DNA from: Halomonas sp.
Lineage (GTDB): Bacteria > Pseudomonadota > Gammaproteobacteria > Pseudomonadales > Halomonadaceae
DNA: 49,312 nucleotides
Assembly: GCA_003552795.1 (NCBI GenBank)
Contig: PUOM01000263.1
Span: 1 to 49,312, forward strand
Direction of reading: 5' to 3'
Notes under the pieces: model-generated
Seen by the model: only the letters and a program-made list of their open reading frames with translations
Database searches by the model: none
What the model was told of the DNA's origin: nothing
Translations under genes and position numbers: made by a program
Part shown: in pieces, positions 9,737 through 20,350 of the stretch
Layout of the letters: the number at the start of each line of letters is the position of its first letter
Position numbering within the stretch: position 1 is the stretch's first letter

Positions 9737-10987
9737 ATGAGTGAACTGTCCGAGCTGAGCTATGCGCTCGATACCTTCTACTTCCTGATCTGCGGCGTGC
9801 TGGTGATGTGGATGGCCGCCGGCTTCTCGATGCTCGAAGCCGGCCTGGTCCGCTCCAAGAACACCGCCGAGATCCTCACCAAGAATATCGCCCTGTTCGC
9901 CATCGCCTGCACCATGTACCTGCTGGTGGGCTACTACATCATGTATTCCAGCCCGGAAGGCGGCATCCTGCCCAACCTGGGCTTCCTGCTGGGCGGCGAG
10001 AACAGCGCCGACGCGGTGCTGGCCGGCGGTGACGATGCCCCCTACTACTCCATGCGCGCCGACTATTTCTTCCAGGTGGTGTTCGTGGCGACCGCCATGT
10101 CCATCGTCTCCGGTGCCGTGGCAGAGCGCATGAAACTGTGGGCCTTCCTGGCCTTCGCCGTGGTGATGACCGCCGTGATCTATCCGGTCTCCGGCTTCTG
10201 GACCTGGGGTGGCGGCTGGCTCGATGAGGCCGGCTTCTCCGACTTCGCCGGTTCCGGCATCGTGCACATGGCAGGCGCCGCCGCGGCCCTGGCCGGCGTG
10301 CTGATCCTCGGCCCCCGCAAGGGCAAGTACGGCAAGGACGGCAGCATCTACGCCATCCCCGGCGCCAATCTGCCGCTGGCCACCCTGGGCACCTTCATCC
10401 TGTGGATGGGCTGGTTCGGCTTCAACGGCGGCTCCGAGCTCAAGGTCTCCGATGTGGACTCCGCCAACAACGTGGCCCAGGTGCTGGTCAACACCAACGC
10501 CGCGGCTGCCGGCGGCGTGATCGCCGCGCTGATCCTGGCCAAGGTCTGGTTCCGCAAGGCCGACCTGACCATGACCCTCAACGGCGCCCTGGCCGGCCTG
10601 GTGGCCATCACCGCCGAGCCGCTGGCCCCGTCGGCCCTGAGTGCCGCCCTGATCGGTGCCGTGGGCGGCGTCATCGTGGTCGCCGCCATCGTGGGCCTGG
10701 ACAAGCTGAAGCTCGACGATCCCGTCGGCGCCATCTCGGTGCACGGCGTGGTCGGCATCTGGGGCCTGCTGGCCGTGCCGCTGACCAACGGCGACGCCAC
10801 CTTCGGCGCCCAGCTGCTGGGCATGGTCGCCATCTTCGCCTGGGTCTTCGGCGCCAGCCTGCTCGTCTGGGTGATCCTCAAGGCGGTGATGGGCATCCGC
10901 GTCAGCGAGGAAGAAGAGTACGAGGGCGTCGACCTGGCCGAGTGCGGCATGGAGGCCTACCCCGAGTTCAGCGTCGCCAAGAAGTGA
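9737..10987 (+). CDS. amtB: Ammonium transporter (Amt family)
   Basis: GF.MLEAGLVRSKN, IVSGAVAER, DFAGSGIVH, WFGFNGGS, NGALAGLVAIT and DDPVGAISVH. Confidence 0.96.
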   Translation: MSELSELSYALDTFYFLICGVLVMWMAAGFSMLEAGLVRSKNTAEILTKNIALFAIACTMYLLVGYYIMYSSPEGGILPNLGFLLGGENSADAVLAGGDDAPYYSMRADYFFQVVFVATAMSIVSGAVAERMKLWAFLAFAVVMTAVIYPVSGFWTWGGGWLDEAGFSDFAGSGIVHMAGAAAALAGVLILGPRKGKYGKDGSIYAIPGANLPLATLGTFILWMGWFGFNGGSELKVSDVDSANNVAQVLVNTNAAAAGGVIAALILAKVWFRKADLTMTLNGALAGLVAITAEPLAPSALSAALIGAVGGVIVVAAIVGLDKLKLDDPVGAISVHGVVGIWGLLAVPLTNGDATFGAQLLGMVAIFAWVFGASLLVWVILKAVMGIRVSEEEEYEGVDLAECGMEAYPEFSVAKK

Positions 10988-11473
<486 letters not shown>

Positions 11474-11474
11474 C

Positions 11475-11579
11475 AGTTGGAAGCTGGAAGCTGGAAGACA
11501 GCCTGAATGACACCGCCTCCGTGGCCAGACCACGGAGGCGGATTTTCTTCCAGCTTCAGGCTTCCAGGCGCGAAGCGCC
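11475..11579. repeat. Heptamer-flanked hairpin element between convergent PII and fpr
   Basis: agttgga agctgga agctgga; then a 12-bp stem ccgcctccgtgg-ccaga-ccacggaggcgg (11513-11541); then inverted heptamers cttccag cttcagg cttccag; then ggcgc-gaa-gcgcc. Confidence 0.7.
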
Positions 11580-11611
11580 GCTCTTCAAACTCCCGGCGCA
11601 GCCGGGGCGGG

Positions 11612-12388
11612 TCACTTCTCCACGAACGCCCGCTCGATCACATAGTCCCCTGGCTCGCCCATGCGCGGCGAGATCTTGAAGCCCAGTTCGTCGAGCAGCG
11701 CGCTGCTCTCGTCGAGCATCGCGGGGCTGCCGCAGATCATGGCGCGATCCTGCCTGGGATCCATGGGCGGCAGACCGAGGTCCTCGAACAGCTTGCCGCT
11801 GCGGATATGGTCGGTCAGGCGCCCCGTGGTGTGGAACGCCTCCCGGGTCACCGTGGGGTAGTAGAGCAGTTTCTCGGCGATCTCCTCGCCCAGGTACTCG
11901 TGGGCCGGCAGCTCCTTCCGGATGAAGTCGGCATAGGCCAGCTCGCTGACGTTGCGCACGCCGTGCACCAGCACCACCTTCTCGAAGCGCTCGTAGACTT
12001 CCGGGTCCTGGATCAGGCTCATGAAGGGGGCCAGCCCGGTGCCCGTGGAGAGAAAATAGAGATGGCGGCCAGGCAGCAGGTCATCGGTGACCAGGGTGCC
12101 GGTCGGCTTGCGGCTTACCATGATCTGATCGCCTACCTTGAGGTGCTGCAGCCGCGAGGTGAGCGGTCCGTCCGGCACCTTGATGCTGAAGAACTCGAGA
12201 TGGTCCTCGTAGTTGGGGCTGGCGATGGAGTAGGCACGCATCAGCGGCTTGCCGCCCACCTCGAGGCCGATCATCACGAACTGACCGTTCTTGAAGCGCA
12301 GACTGCGCTCGCGAGTGGTGCGAAAGCTGAACAGGGTGTCGTTCCAGTGATGGACGCTGAGCACCTCTTCCAGGGCAAACTTGCTCAT
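11612..12388 (-). CDS. fpr: Ferredoxin--NADP+ reductase
   Basis: RAYSIAS, GPLTSRL, STGTGLAPF, VHGVR, ICGSP and C-terminal ERAFVEK. Confidence 0.96.
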   Translation of the reverse strand: MSKFALEEVLSVHHWNDTLFSFRTTRERSLRFKNGQFVMIGLEVGGKPLMRAYSIASPNYEDHLEFFSIKVPDGPLTSRLQHLKVGDQIMVSRKPTGTLVTDDLLPGRHLYFLSTGTGLAPFMSLIQDPEVYERFEKVVLVHGVRNVSELAYADFIRKELPAHEYLGEEIAEKLLYYPTVTREAFHTTGRLTDHIRSGKLFEDLGLPPMDPRQDRAMICGSPAMLDESSALLDELGFKISPRMGEPGDYVIERAFVEK

Positions 12389-12549
12389 GCCGGCTCCTTG
12401 TGGTCCCGCAAGGGGTTATATTCTCAAAAGGAATGAATGACAGGATAATATTTACATTGAATTCTAAGAGATGTCGCGTTATCTGTTAAATGGATTGTAT
12501 GGATAACCCTTATTCATGACTTTGATATAGATCACCGGAGCCCTGCGCC

Positions 12550-13476
12550 ATGCGATTCACCCTGCGCCAGCTGGAAGTCTTCGTCGCCGTGGCCCAGCAC
12601 GAGAGCGTCTCTCGGGCCGCCCGGGCCCTGTCACTCTCCCAGTCTGCGGCCAGCACCGCCCTGGGCGAGCTGGAGCGCCAGTTCGACTGCCAGCTGCTGG
12701 ATCGCATCGGCAAGCGCCTGAAGCTCAACGCCCTGGGATTCCAGCTGCTGCCCAAGGCGGTGGCCCTGCTCGACCGGGCCGAGGAGGTCGAGGAGCTGCT
12801 GCGTGGCCGCCAGGGCATCGGCACCCTGGACGTGGGCGCCACCCTGACCATCGGCAACTACCTGGCCACCCTGCTGATCGGCGATTTCATGCAGCGCTTC
12901 CCCGGCAGCCGGGTGCGTCTGGCGGTGCGCAATACCCGGGCCATCATCGAGGGAGTGCGCCACCACGAGCTGGACCTGGGCCTGATCGAGGGTCACTGCG
13001 AGGCGGAGGATATCGTCACCCAGCCCTGGGTGGAGGACGATCTGGCGGTGTTCTGCTCACCGAACCATCCGCTGGCGGGAGCCGGCCCGGTGGCGCTGGA
13101 GAGGCTGCTGCGCGAGGCCTGGATCATGCGCGAGGAGGGCTCGGGCACCCGCCTCACCCTGGAGCAGGCCGCTCGCCACCGCCGTGGGCGCTTCAACATT
13201 CTGCTGGAGCTGGAGCATACCGAAGGCATCAAGCGCGCGGTGGAGTCGGGGCTGGGGATCGGCTGCGTGTCGAAGCTGGCCCTTCGCGACGCCTTCCGCC
13301 GGGGCAGCCTGGTGTCCATCCCCACCCCGGAGCTGGACCTGAGCCGCCAGTTCGCCTTCATCTGGCATCGGCACAAGTACCTGGCCACCGGCATGCGCGA
13401 GTTCCTCAAGCTCTGCCGGCAGATGACCGAGGGGATCACCCGCAGCGATCAGATCGCCCTGCCTCCGGTGCCCTAG
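12550..13476 (+). CDS. finR: LysR-family regulator, FinR-like, divergent from fpr
   Basis: MRFTLRQLEVF...SVSRAARALSLSQSAAS HTH and REEGSGTR. The divergent fpr arrangement matches Pseudomonas finR-fpr. Confidence 0.82.
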   Translation: MRFTLRQLEVFVAVAQHESVSRAARALSLSQSAASTALGELERQFDCQLLDRIGKRLKLNALGFQLLPKAVALLDRAEEVEELLRGRQGIGTLDVGATLTIGNYLATLLIGDFMQRFPGSRVRLAVRNTRAIIEGVRHHELDLGLIEGHCEAEDIVTQPWVEDDLAVFCSPNHPLAGAGPVALERLLREAWIMREEGSGTRLTLEQAARHRRGRFNILLELEHTEGIKRAVESGLGIGCVSKLALRDAFRRGSLVSIPTPELDLSRQFAFIWHRHKYLATGMREFLKLCRQMTEGITRSDQIALPPVP

Positions 13477-13486
13477 CCGCGCACGC

Positions 13487-13518
13487 GAGAGGGCCCGGCA
13501 TCTCTGCCGGGCCCTCTC
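13487..13518. terminator. Hairpin between convergent genes
   Basis: 14-bp perfect stem gagagggcccggca-tctc-tgccgggccctctc with no U-tract. Confidence 0.55.
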
Positions 13519-13543
13519 CGCGCCGCAAGTGCCGTGCACGGCG

Positions 13544-13972
13544 TCAGCGCATGTCGCTGACCGCCTCCTGAATATCCTCGAGGCTGGCCTTGGAGAGGTC
13601 CTTGGAGAGGGAGTGGATGACCAGCTTGCTCGTGGGGCCGTCGAGCTTGTCGCGCAGCTGGCCCAGGAAGCGCGGCGGCGCCACCAGAATCAGCTTCTTC
13701 ATGGTGTTGTCGACCCGGGCTCGATAGATGCGCTCGGCCACCTCCTTGGCAAAGATCATCTCCTCATGGGTACGGGCGGTGCTTTCACCGCCGGAGGAGC
13801 GCGACGTCGTCGACGTCGATTCGTGCACGTCGGCACCGCGGTCTGTCACCAGGTCGCCCTCATGCAGCCGGCTGGCCGCATGCACCAGGCTGTCCTGCTC
13901 GACCAGCTTGAGCGCGTCGCGGGTGAAGATCCGCGCCCGGGCTGCGTCTGCCACCACGATATACGTCGTCAT
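13544..13972 (-). CDS. Host-attachment protein family (AtsE/baeRF-like)
   Basis: YIVVADAARARIF...FAKEVAERI...LILVAPPRFLGQLR...SKDL, with aaggag RBS. Confidence 0.85.
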   Translation of the reverse strand: MTTYIVVADAARARIFTRDALKLVEQDSLVHAASRLHEGDLVTDRGADVHESTSTTSRSSGGESTARTHEEMIFAKEVAERIYRARVDNTMKKLILVAPPRFLGQLRDKLDGPTSKLVIHSLSKDLSKASLEDIQEAVSDMR

Positions 13973-14188
13973 AGCCACTCCTTGATGCAGGTTCATCGGA
14001 TACCGAGGGCGTTACCCCCGGCAGCACTGCTCACTCAACAGTGGCAAGCCGCTCAGGGTTGGTCAACCCGTGGCGCAGCGGCGACACCGACAACTGCATG
14101 CCAACCGAATCTGGGGTAGCATCCGAGCCTGGCCGGCAGGGATGTCGGTGCGCTGCAACGCTGACGACAAGCCACCGGGAGGAGCCCG

Positions 14189-14677
14189 ATGCGACAGTTC
14201 CTGTTTCCCCGCCGCCCGCTGTCACGCGGCACCCTGATCGCCTGCCACCTGCTGCTGCAGCTAGGCCTGGCGGCCGGCGCTGCCCTCTGGCTGGCACCCC
14301 GGACCCCCTGGCTCGCCCCGCTGACGTGGCCCGAGGCCTGGCCGCCCCTGGCACTGGGCTTGGGTCTGTGGCTGCTGGCCGCGGTGGCCCTGCGCCTGCT
14401 CGCCGAGCTGTGGCTGCTGCCTCATCACCTGGCCGGCAGCATGGGGGCCGGCCCGGTGATCACCCGCTCCTACGAGCGCCGCCCGGCGGTCCATGACCCC
14501 AGTGCCGCCTGGACCAGCGACGCCCGGGCGCTGGACCCCGACGACAGCGAGGTGGGCAGCCCCCGTGTCCGCCGACCGGCCGAACCGCTGCGCTCCCGGC
14601 AGGCCGCCCGCGAGCCCTCGCTGGACCTGGCCGAGCCACAGGCGGGTAGCGCCCCTGACCGGGAGCCCCGCTTCTGA
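14189..14677 (+). CDS. Hypothetical membrane protein
   Basis: Two hydrophobic segments, RLLAEL motif and low-complexity tail ending EPRF. ggaggag RBS. Confidence 0.65.
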   Translation: MRQFLFPRRPLSRGTLIACHLLLQLGLAAGAALWLAPRTPWLAPLTWPEAWPPLALGLGLWLLAAVALRLLAELWLLPHHLAGSMGAGPVITRSYERRPAVHDPSAAWTSDARALDPDDSEVGSPRVRRPAEPLRSRQAAREPSLDLAEPQAGSAPDREPRF

Positions 14678-14708
14678 GGCGAAAGGCGCCAGCGCAGGGC
14701 AAGCGCCT

Positions 14709-15092
14709 TCAGCGCTGGGCCAGCCCTCTGCGCAGGCCGGCCAGCAGCACCACGGCAAAGGCGGCCCCCAGGGTATTGGCGAGGATGTCGGCCCAGTCGC
14801 CGCCGCTGCGGCCCGGCACCGGAATCTGGGCGTATTCGACGGCGATGCCGTAGAGCACGGCGATCAGAAAGGCACGTGGCAGGCGCACCCCGGCCAGGCC
14901 GACCAGCCCCGCAAGGCCGGCGTAGCCGACGAAGTGGTTGAGCTTGTCCCAGGGCAGGTTCGAGGGCATCTGGCTGCCCGGGGTCAGGCTGCCGACGGCG
15001 ATGGCCAGGGCCCCCACAACGGCCAGCGCCGCCCACAGGCGGCGCTGGTCGTGCAGGCGTCGGAGCCAGTCGAGCCGGGGCGACTCAGCCAT
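14709..15092 (-). CDS. VanZ-family membrane protein
   Basis: [21 protein letters not shown] and DILANTLG. Overlaps the hemE stop. Confidence 0.85.
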   Translation of the reverse strand: MAESPRLDWLRRLHDQRRLWAALAVVGALAIAVGSLTPGSQMPSNLPWDKLNHFVGYAGLAGLVGLAGVRLPRAFLIAVLYGIAVEYAQIPVPGRSGGDWADILANTLGAAFAVVLLAGLRRGLAQR

Positions 15093-16161
15093 GCTGGATC
15101 CGGCGGTGATAGGCCGGGCTCAGCTCGTGCAGCGCCTCCATGAAGGCCGTGACGCTGTCCGGGTTGGTGAACTGGCTGATGCCGTGGCCCAGGTTGAACA
15201 CATGGCCGGGGCCTTCGCCATAGCTCTCGAGGATGCGGGCCACCTCGGCACGGATCGCCGCGGGGCGGGCGAACAGCACGTTGGGATCCAGATTGCCCTG
15301 CAGCGCCACCTTGTGGCCGATCCGGGCACGGGCGCTGGAGAGCTCGGTGGACCAGTCCAGGCCCACGGCGTCGGCGCCCGCCAGGGCGATGTCTTCGAGC
15401 CACTGCCCCCCGTTCTTGGTGAACAGGATCACCGGCACGCGACGGCCGTCGTGCTCGCGAATCAGGCCGGCGACGATCTGCTCCATGTAGCGCAGCGAGA
15501 ACTCGCGGTAGGCCGGCGTGGAAAGCGCGCCGCCCCAGGTGTCGAAAATCTGCACCGCCTGGGCGCCGGCGCGGATCTGGGCGTTGAGGTAGTCGGTGAC
15601 CGCCGTGGCCAGGGTGTCGAGCAGGTCATGCATCACGCTGGGCGTGTCATAGAGCATCGTCTTGACGTGGCGGAAGTCCTTGCTGGAGCTGCCCTCCACC
15701 ATGTAGGTGGCCAGCGTCCAGGGGCTGCCGGAGAAGCCGATCAGCGGCACCCGGCCGTTGAGCTCGCGGCGAATGGTGGAGACCGCGCGCATCACGTAGT
15801 CCAGATCGCGCTCGGCATCCGGCGCCTTGAGCGCTTCGACCTCGGCCGCGGTACGCACCGGCTTGCGGAATTTCGGTCCCTCGCCGGTCTCGAAATAGAG
15901 CCCCAGGCCCATGGCATCGGGGATGGTGAGAATATCCGAAAAGAGGATCGCCGCGTCCAGCGGATAGCGCTCCAGGGGCTGGAGGGTCACCTCACAGGCC
16001 AGCTCCTGATTGCGACACAGGCTCATGAAATCGCCGGCCTCGGCTCGGCTGGCGCGGTACTCCGGCAGGTAGCGGCCTGCCTGGCGCATCATCCACACCG
16101 GGGTGCGGTCCACAGGCTGACGCGCCAGGGCGCGCAGAAAGCGATCGTTCTTGAGTTCCAT
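15085..16161 (-). CDS. hemE: Uroporphyrinogen decarboxylase
   Basis: [41 protein letters not shown] and FNLGHGI. Confidence 0.98.
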   Translation of the reverse strand: MELKNDRFLRALARQPVDRTPVWMMRQAGRYLPEYRASRAEAGDFMSLCRNQELACEVTLQPLERYPLDAAILFSDILTIPDAMGLGLYFETGEGPKFRKPVRTAAEVEALKAPDAERDLDYVMRAVSTIRRELNGRVPLIGFSGSPWTLATYMVEGSSSKDFRHVKTMLYDTPSVMHDLLDTLATAVTDYLNAQIRAGAQAVQIFDTWGGALSTPAYREFSLRYMEQIVAGLIREHDGRRVPVILFTKNGGQWLEDIALAGADAVGLDWSTELSSARARIGHKVALQGNLDPNVLFARPAAIRAEVARILESYGEGPGHVFNLGHGISQFTNPDSVTAFMEALHELSPAYHRRIQHG

Positions 16162-16319
16162 GCAGGCGGTCATCCACGGGAAGTGTGGGCCGTATTGTAC
16201 CCGATTGACGACCGCGAGGCTGCGGTCGTGAGCCGCGCTCGGCTTCCTGCTAGAATGGCCCTCCACTCGCCGGCACCGCCCTGCCGTGTACCAAGAAGGG
16301 CCTGACACCGAGGTACTCC

Positions 16320-16955
16320 GTGACGATTCGCTTCATCGCCGCCTCCCGGCTGCCCACCCCCTGGGCCACCTTCACCATGCATGGCTTCGAGGACGAGGCC
16401 ACCGGCAAGGACCATATCGCCCTGACGCTGGGCAACGTGGCCGACGGTGAGCCGGTGCTGGGACGGGTCCACTCCGAGTGCCTGACCGGCGACGCGCTCT
16501 TCTCCATGCGCTGCGACTGTGGCTATCAGCTGCAGGAGGCGCTCAAGCGCATCGCCGACGAGGGCCGCGGCGTGCTCTTCTACCTGCGCCAGGAGGGCCG
16601 CGGCATCGGCCTGCTCAACAAGATCCGCGCCTACCACCTCCAGGATCAGGGGGCCGACACCGTGGAGGCCAACGAGCAGCTGGGCTTCGGCGCCGACCTG
16701 CGCCGCTACGATCTCTGCGTACCGATGCTTGCGCACCTGGGCATCGCCGCCCTGCGCCTGATGACCAACAACCCCCGCAAGGTCGATGCCCTGACCGACG
16801 CCGGCATCAATGTCGTCGAACGCGTCTCCCTGACCACCGGTCTCAACCCCCACAACGAGCAGTATCTCTCCACCAAGGCCGGCAAGCTCGGCCACATGAT
16901 GGCGCTGGGGGACTTCACCCAGGCCAGCGACGTGGATATCGAGCGCAAGGAGTGA
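16320..16955 (+). CDS. ribA: GTP cyclohydrolase II
   Basis: [31 protein letters not shown] and YLSTK..KLGH. GTG start. Confidence 0.97.
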   Translation: MTIRFIAASRLPTPWATFTMHGFEDEATGKDHIALTLGNVADGEPVLGRVHSECLTGDALFSMRCDCGYQLQEALKRIADEGRGVLFYLRQEGRGIGLLNKIRAYHLQDQGADTVEANEQLGFGADLRRYDLCVPMLAHLGIAALRLMTNNPRKVDALTDAGINVVERVSLTTGLNPHNEQYLSTKAGKLGHMMALGDFTQASDVDIERKE

Positions 16956-16979
16956 GCCTTCGGCGACCGCCGAAAGTGA

Positions 16980-17007
16980 AAGGGGCCTTCCCGATGGAAG
17001 GCCCCTT
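16980..17007. terminator. Bidirectional terminator between ribA and dxs
   Basis: aaggggccttcc-cgat-ggaaggcccctt. Confidence 0.75.
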
Positions 17008-17025
17008 CTGGTTGGCAGCAGGCTC

Positions 17026-18936
17026 CTAGGCGTCCAGCCGAGTTCGGATCGCCGCCTCGATCCCCGCGGCGTCCAGGCCGCTCTCGGCGAGCAGCTCGGC
17101 GGGTTTGCCATGCTCGACGAAGGCGTCGGGCAGCCCCAGGTTGAGCATCGCCACCTGCACGCCCTCGGCGGCCAGCAGCTCATTGACCGCGCTGCCGGCA
17201 CCGCCGGCCACCACGTTCTCCTCCAGGGTCACCAGCAGATCGTGGCCGGCGGCCGCCGCGAGGATGGCCTCCCGATCCAGCGGCTTCACCGAACGCATAT
17301 TGACGTGACCGGCATCGAGGTTCTCGGCCACCTCGGCGGCCGGCGTATTGAGGCTGCCGAAGGCCAGCAGGACCACCCGCCGCCCCGCCTCGGCGCCGCA
17401 CTCGCGGCGGGTCTCGGCCTGGCCGATCGGCATCGGCTCGAGGTGGGTGGGGATCGTGACACCCGGGCCGCTGCCGCGGGGGTAGCGCACCGCGGCAGGG
17501 CCGGGATAGTGGTAGGCGGCGCTGAGCATGGCGCGGCACTCCGCCTCGTCGGCGGGGGCCAGCACCACCAGGCCCGGCACGCAGCGCAGATAGGCGAGGT
17601 CCAGGCTGCCGTGGTGGGTGGGGCCGTCCTCCCCCACCAGGCCGGCGCGGTCGATGGCGAAGGTCACATCGAGGTCCTGTACCGCCACATCGTGAATCAG
17701 CTGATCATAGCCGCGCTGCAGGAAGGTGGAGTAGATCGCCACCACCGGCTTCATGCCCTCGCAGGCCATGCCGGCGGCCAGGGTCACCGCGTGCTGCTCG
17801 GCGATGGCCACGTCGAAGTAGCGCTCGGGATACTCCCGGGAGAAGCGGATCAGGTCGGAGCCCTCTCGCATCGCCGGGGTGATGCCGAGCAGCCGCGCAT
17901 CGGCGGCCGCCATGTCGCAAAGCCAGTCGCCGAAGACGTTGCAGTACTTCGGCACCTTTTTCTTGGGCACGGGCGGGACGAGCGGTGGGGCCTCGTCGCC
18001 CTTCTCCAGCTTGGTGATGGCGTGGTAGCCGATGGGGTCGGCCTCGGCGGGCAGGAAACCGCGCCCCTTGCGGGTCCTCACGTGCAGGAACTGCGGGCCG
18101 TCGAGATCGCGCATGTTGCCCAGCGTCTGCACCAGCAGCGGCAGGTCATGGCCGTCGATGGGGCCGATATAGTTGAAGCCCATCTCCTCGAAGAGGGTAG
18201 CGGGGCTGATCATGCCCTTCATGTGCTCCTCGGTGCGCCGCGCCAGCTCCAGCGCCCCGGGCAGGTGGGAGAGCACCTTCTTGCCGCCCTCGCGCATGGT
18301 GGTGTAGGGCTTGCTGACCAGGATCCGGGCCAGGTAGCTGGCGATGCCGCCGACGTTCTCCGAGATCGACATCTCGTTGTCGTTGAGCACCACCAGCAGG
18401 TTGGCATCCACGTGGCCGGCATGGGCCAGGGCCTCGAAGGCCATGCCCGCGGTGAGGGCGCCGTCGCCGATCACCGCGCAGCTGCGCCGCTTCTCGCCCC
18501 GGGCACGCGCGGCCAGGGCCATGCCCAGGGCGGCGGAGATGGAGGTGCTCGAGTGGCCCACGCCGAAAGTGTCGTACTCCGACTCGGCGCGGCGCGGGAA
18601 GGCAGCCAGGCCGCCGTAGTGGCGGATACTCGGCATCCCCTCGCGACGCCCGGTGAGAATCTTGTGGGGATAGGCCTGGTGCCCCACGTCCCATACCAGG
18701 CGGTCGTAGGGCGTCTCCAGCGCCTGATGCAGCGCCACGGTAAGCTCCACGACGCCGAGGCCGGCGCCGAAGTGCCCTCCGGAGACCCCCACGCTGTAGA
18801 GCAGGTAGGCGCGCAGCTCGTCGGCTACCTGCACCAGCTGAGCGGTGGACATGGCGCGCAGCGCGGCCGGGGTGTCCAGGGTGTCGAGCAGCGGCGTGGC
18901 CGGACGCTCGGCGGGAATCTCGTCGAACAGCTTCAT
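17026..18936 (-). CDS. dxs: 1-deoxy-D-xylulose-5-phosphate synthase
   Basis: [27 protein letters not shown] motif, IAEQH, YSTFLQR and DRAG. Confidence 0.98.
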   Translation of the reverse strand: MKLFDEIPAERPATPLLDTLDTPAALRAMSTAQLVQVADELRAYLLYSVGVSGGHFGAGLGVVELTVALHQALETPYDRLVWDVGHQAYPHKILTGRREGMPSIRHYGGLAAFPRRAESEYDTFGVGHSSTSISAALGMALAARARGEKRRSCAVIGDGALTAGMAFEALAHAGHVDANLLVVLNDNEMSISENVGGIASYLARILVSKPYTTMREGGKKVLSHLPGALELARRTEEHMKGMISPATLFEEMGFNYIGPIDGHDLPLLVQTLGNMRDLDGPQFLHVRTRKGRGFLPAEADPIGYHAITKLEKGDEAPPLVPPVPKKKVPKYCNVFGDWLCDMAAADARLLGITPAMREGSDLIRFSREYPERYFDVAIAEQHAVTLAAGMACEGMKPVVAIYSTFLQRGYDQLIHDVAVQDLDVTFAIDRAGLVGEDGPTHHGSLDLAYLRCVPGLVVLAPADEAECRAMLSAAYHYPGPAAVRYPRGSGPGVTIPTHLEPMPIGQAETRRECGAEAGRRVVLLAFGSLNTPAAEVAENLDAGHVNMRSVKPLDREAILAAAAGHDLLVTLEENVVAGGAGSAVNELLAAEGVQVAMLNLGLPDAFVEHGKPAELLAESGLDAAGIEAAIRTRLDA

Positions 18937-18952
18937 GGGCTCATCTGTCGTA

Positions 18953-19837
18953 TCAGTGGTCGCGCTCGATCATGTAGCGGGCCAGGGCTGTCAGGGGAGC
19001 GGCACCGTCACCCAGCGGGGCGAGGGCAGCCACGGCGTTCTCCACCAGCTCTGCCGCACGAGCGCGAGCGCCTTCAAGGCCCAGCAGGGCCGGATAGGTG
19101 GGCTTGTCGCGGGCGGCATCGGCCCCGGACACCTTGCCCAGAGTCGCGGTGTCGCCGGTAACATCGAGGACATCGTCATGGATCTGGAAGGCCAGGCCGA
19201 TGGCGCGTGCATAGGCGTCCAGGGCGTCCAGGCGCGGGTCATCCTCGGCCACGGCGACCAGCCCGCCCAGGCGCACCGCGGCGCGGATCAGCGCGCCGGT
19301 CTTGTGGCCGTGCATGGTGGCCAGCGCGCAGACGTCGGGGTGCCCCCCAACCGCGGCCAGGTCCAGCGCCTGGCCGGCCACCATGCCATCGCGGCCGGCG
19401 GCCCCGGCCAGGGTGCGCACCATCGCCGGCAGGCGCGAATGGCTGTTCCGGGCCAGCACCTCGAAGGCCAGCGCCTGGAGGGCGTCGCCGGCAAGAATGG
19501 CGGTGGCTTCGTCATAGGCGCGGTGCACCGTGGGCTGCCCGCGGCGCAGGTCGTCGTCGTCCATGGCCGGCAGGTCATCGTGGACCAGGGAGTAGGCGTG
19601 CACCAGCTCGATGGCCATGGCCGGAAAGTCCAGAGCGCTCTGTTCGGCGCCCAGGGCGCGGCCGGCGGCGTAGACCAGCACCGGACGCAGCCGCTTGCCG
19701 CCCACCAGCACGCCGTGGCGCATGGCGGCGTCCAGACGCGGCACCGCGGCATCTCCCTCGCCGAACAGCGCTTCCAGCCGGGCATCCACCCGGGCGCGAT
19801 CGGCGGCCAGTCCGGCCGCCAGAGTCTCAGCGTTCAC
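18953..19837 (-). CDS. ispA: Farnesyl diphosphate synthase
   Basis: [32 protein letters not shown] and FQIHDD. Gene order xseB-ispA-dxs. Confidence 0.96.
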   Translation of the reverse strand: MNAETLAAGLAADRARVDARLEALFGEGDAAVPRLDAAMRHGVLVGGKRLRPVLVYAAGRALGAEQSALDFPAMAIELVHAYSLVHDDLPAMDDDDLRRGQPTVHRAYDEATAILAGDALQALAFEVLARNSHSRLPAMVRTLAGAAGRDGMVAGQALDLAAVGGHPDVCALATMHGHKTGALIRAAVRLGGLVAVAEDDPRLDALDAYARAIGLAFQIHDDVLDVTGDTATLGKVSGADAARDKPTYPALLGLEGARARAAELVENAVAALAPLGDGAAPLTALARYMIERDH

Positions 19838-20117
19838 TATCGTCCTCCACGGGCGGAGCGAAGGGCGCCAGGGCCATACCGCCCTCGGCTCCCTCCGTCA
19901 GGGTGCGCACCCGGAGCTCGGCCTCATCGAGCCGGCGCTGGGCATCGCGGGTCAGACGAATGCCCTCCTCGAAGGCGGCCAGAGAGGCCTCCAGCGTCAG
20001 CTCGCCGGACTCGAGCCGCTCGACGAGCCGCTCGAGACCATCGACGGTAGTGGCGAAATCGACCGTTTCCGCCGCGTCGCTCTCCTGCCCCTCGGGCCCT
20101 TGCCTGCGCTCCGCCAT
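19827..20117 (-). CDS. xseB: Exodeoxyribonuclease VII small subunit
   Basis: LERLVERLESGELTLEASLAAFEEGIRL...LDEAELRV. Upstream of ispA. Confidence 0.93.
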   Translation of the reverse strand: MAERRQGPEGQESDAAETVDFATTVDGLERLVERLESGELTLEASLAAFEEGIRLTRDAQRRLDEAELRVRTLTEGAEGGMALAPFAPPVEDDSER

Positions 20118-20350
20118 CGCTCACCTCGCCCCGCTTGCGCCCGATCATTTCGGCGTCTCGAAAGGCGACAGTATACACGCTCACCCCCGGGGGTCGTCTG
20201 CCCCGGCGTCGGAGGCCTTGACTTGCACGGCGTTCATCATGACGGCACAGCATTTTCATCCTGGCTCATGGCCGGCCTGTGCTAGAATAGCGCCTCTTTT
20301 TTCCTACCTGTCACTGCATGCGGCTCGCGCCGGAAGGGGTTGATTCGACC

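Noticed and set aside
12389-12549. AT-rich stretch as a foreign insertion
   Set aside because: It is only about 160 bp and lies between divergent fpr and a LysR gene, as expected for a divergent promoter/operator region.
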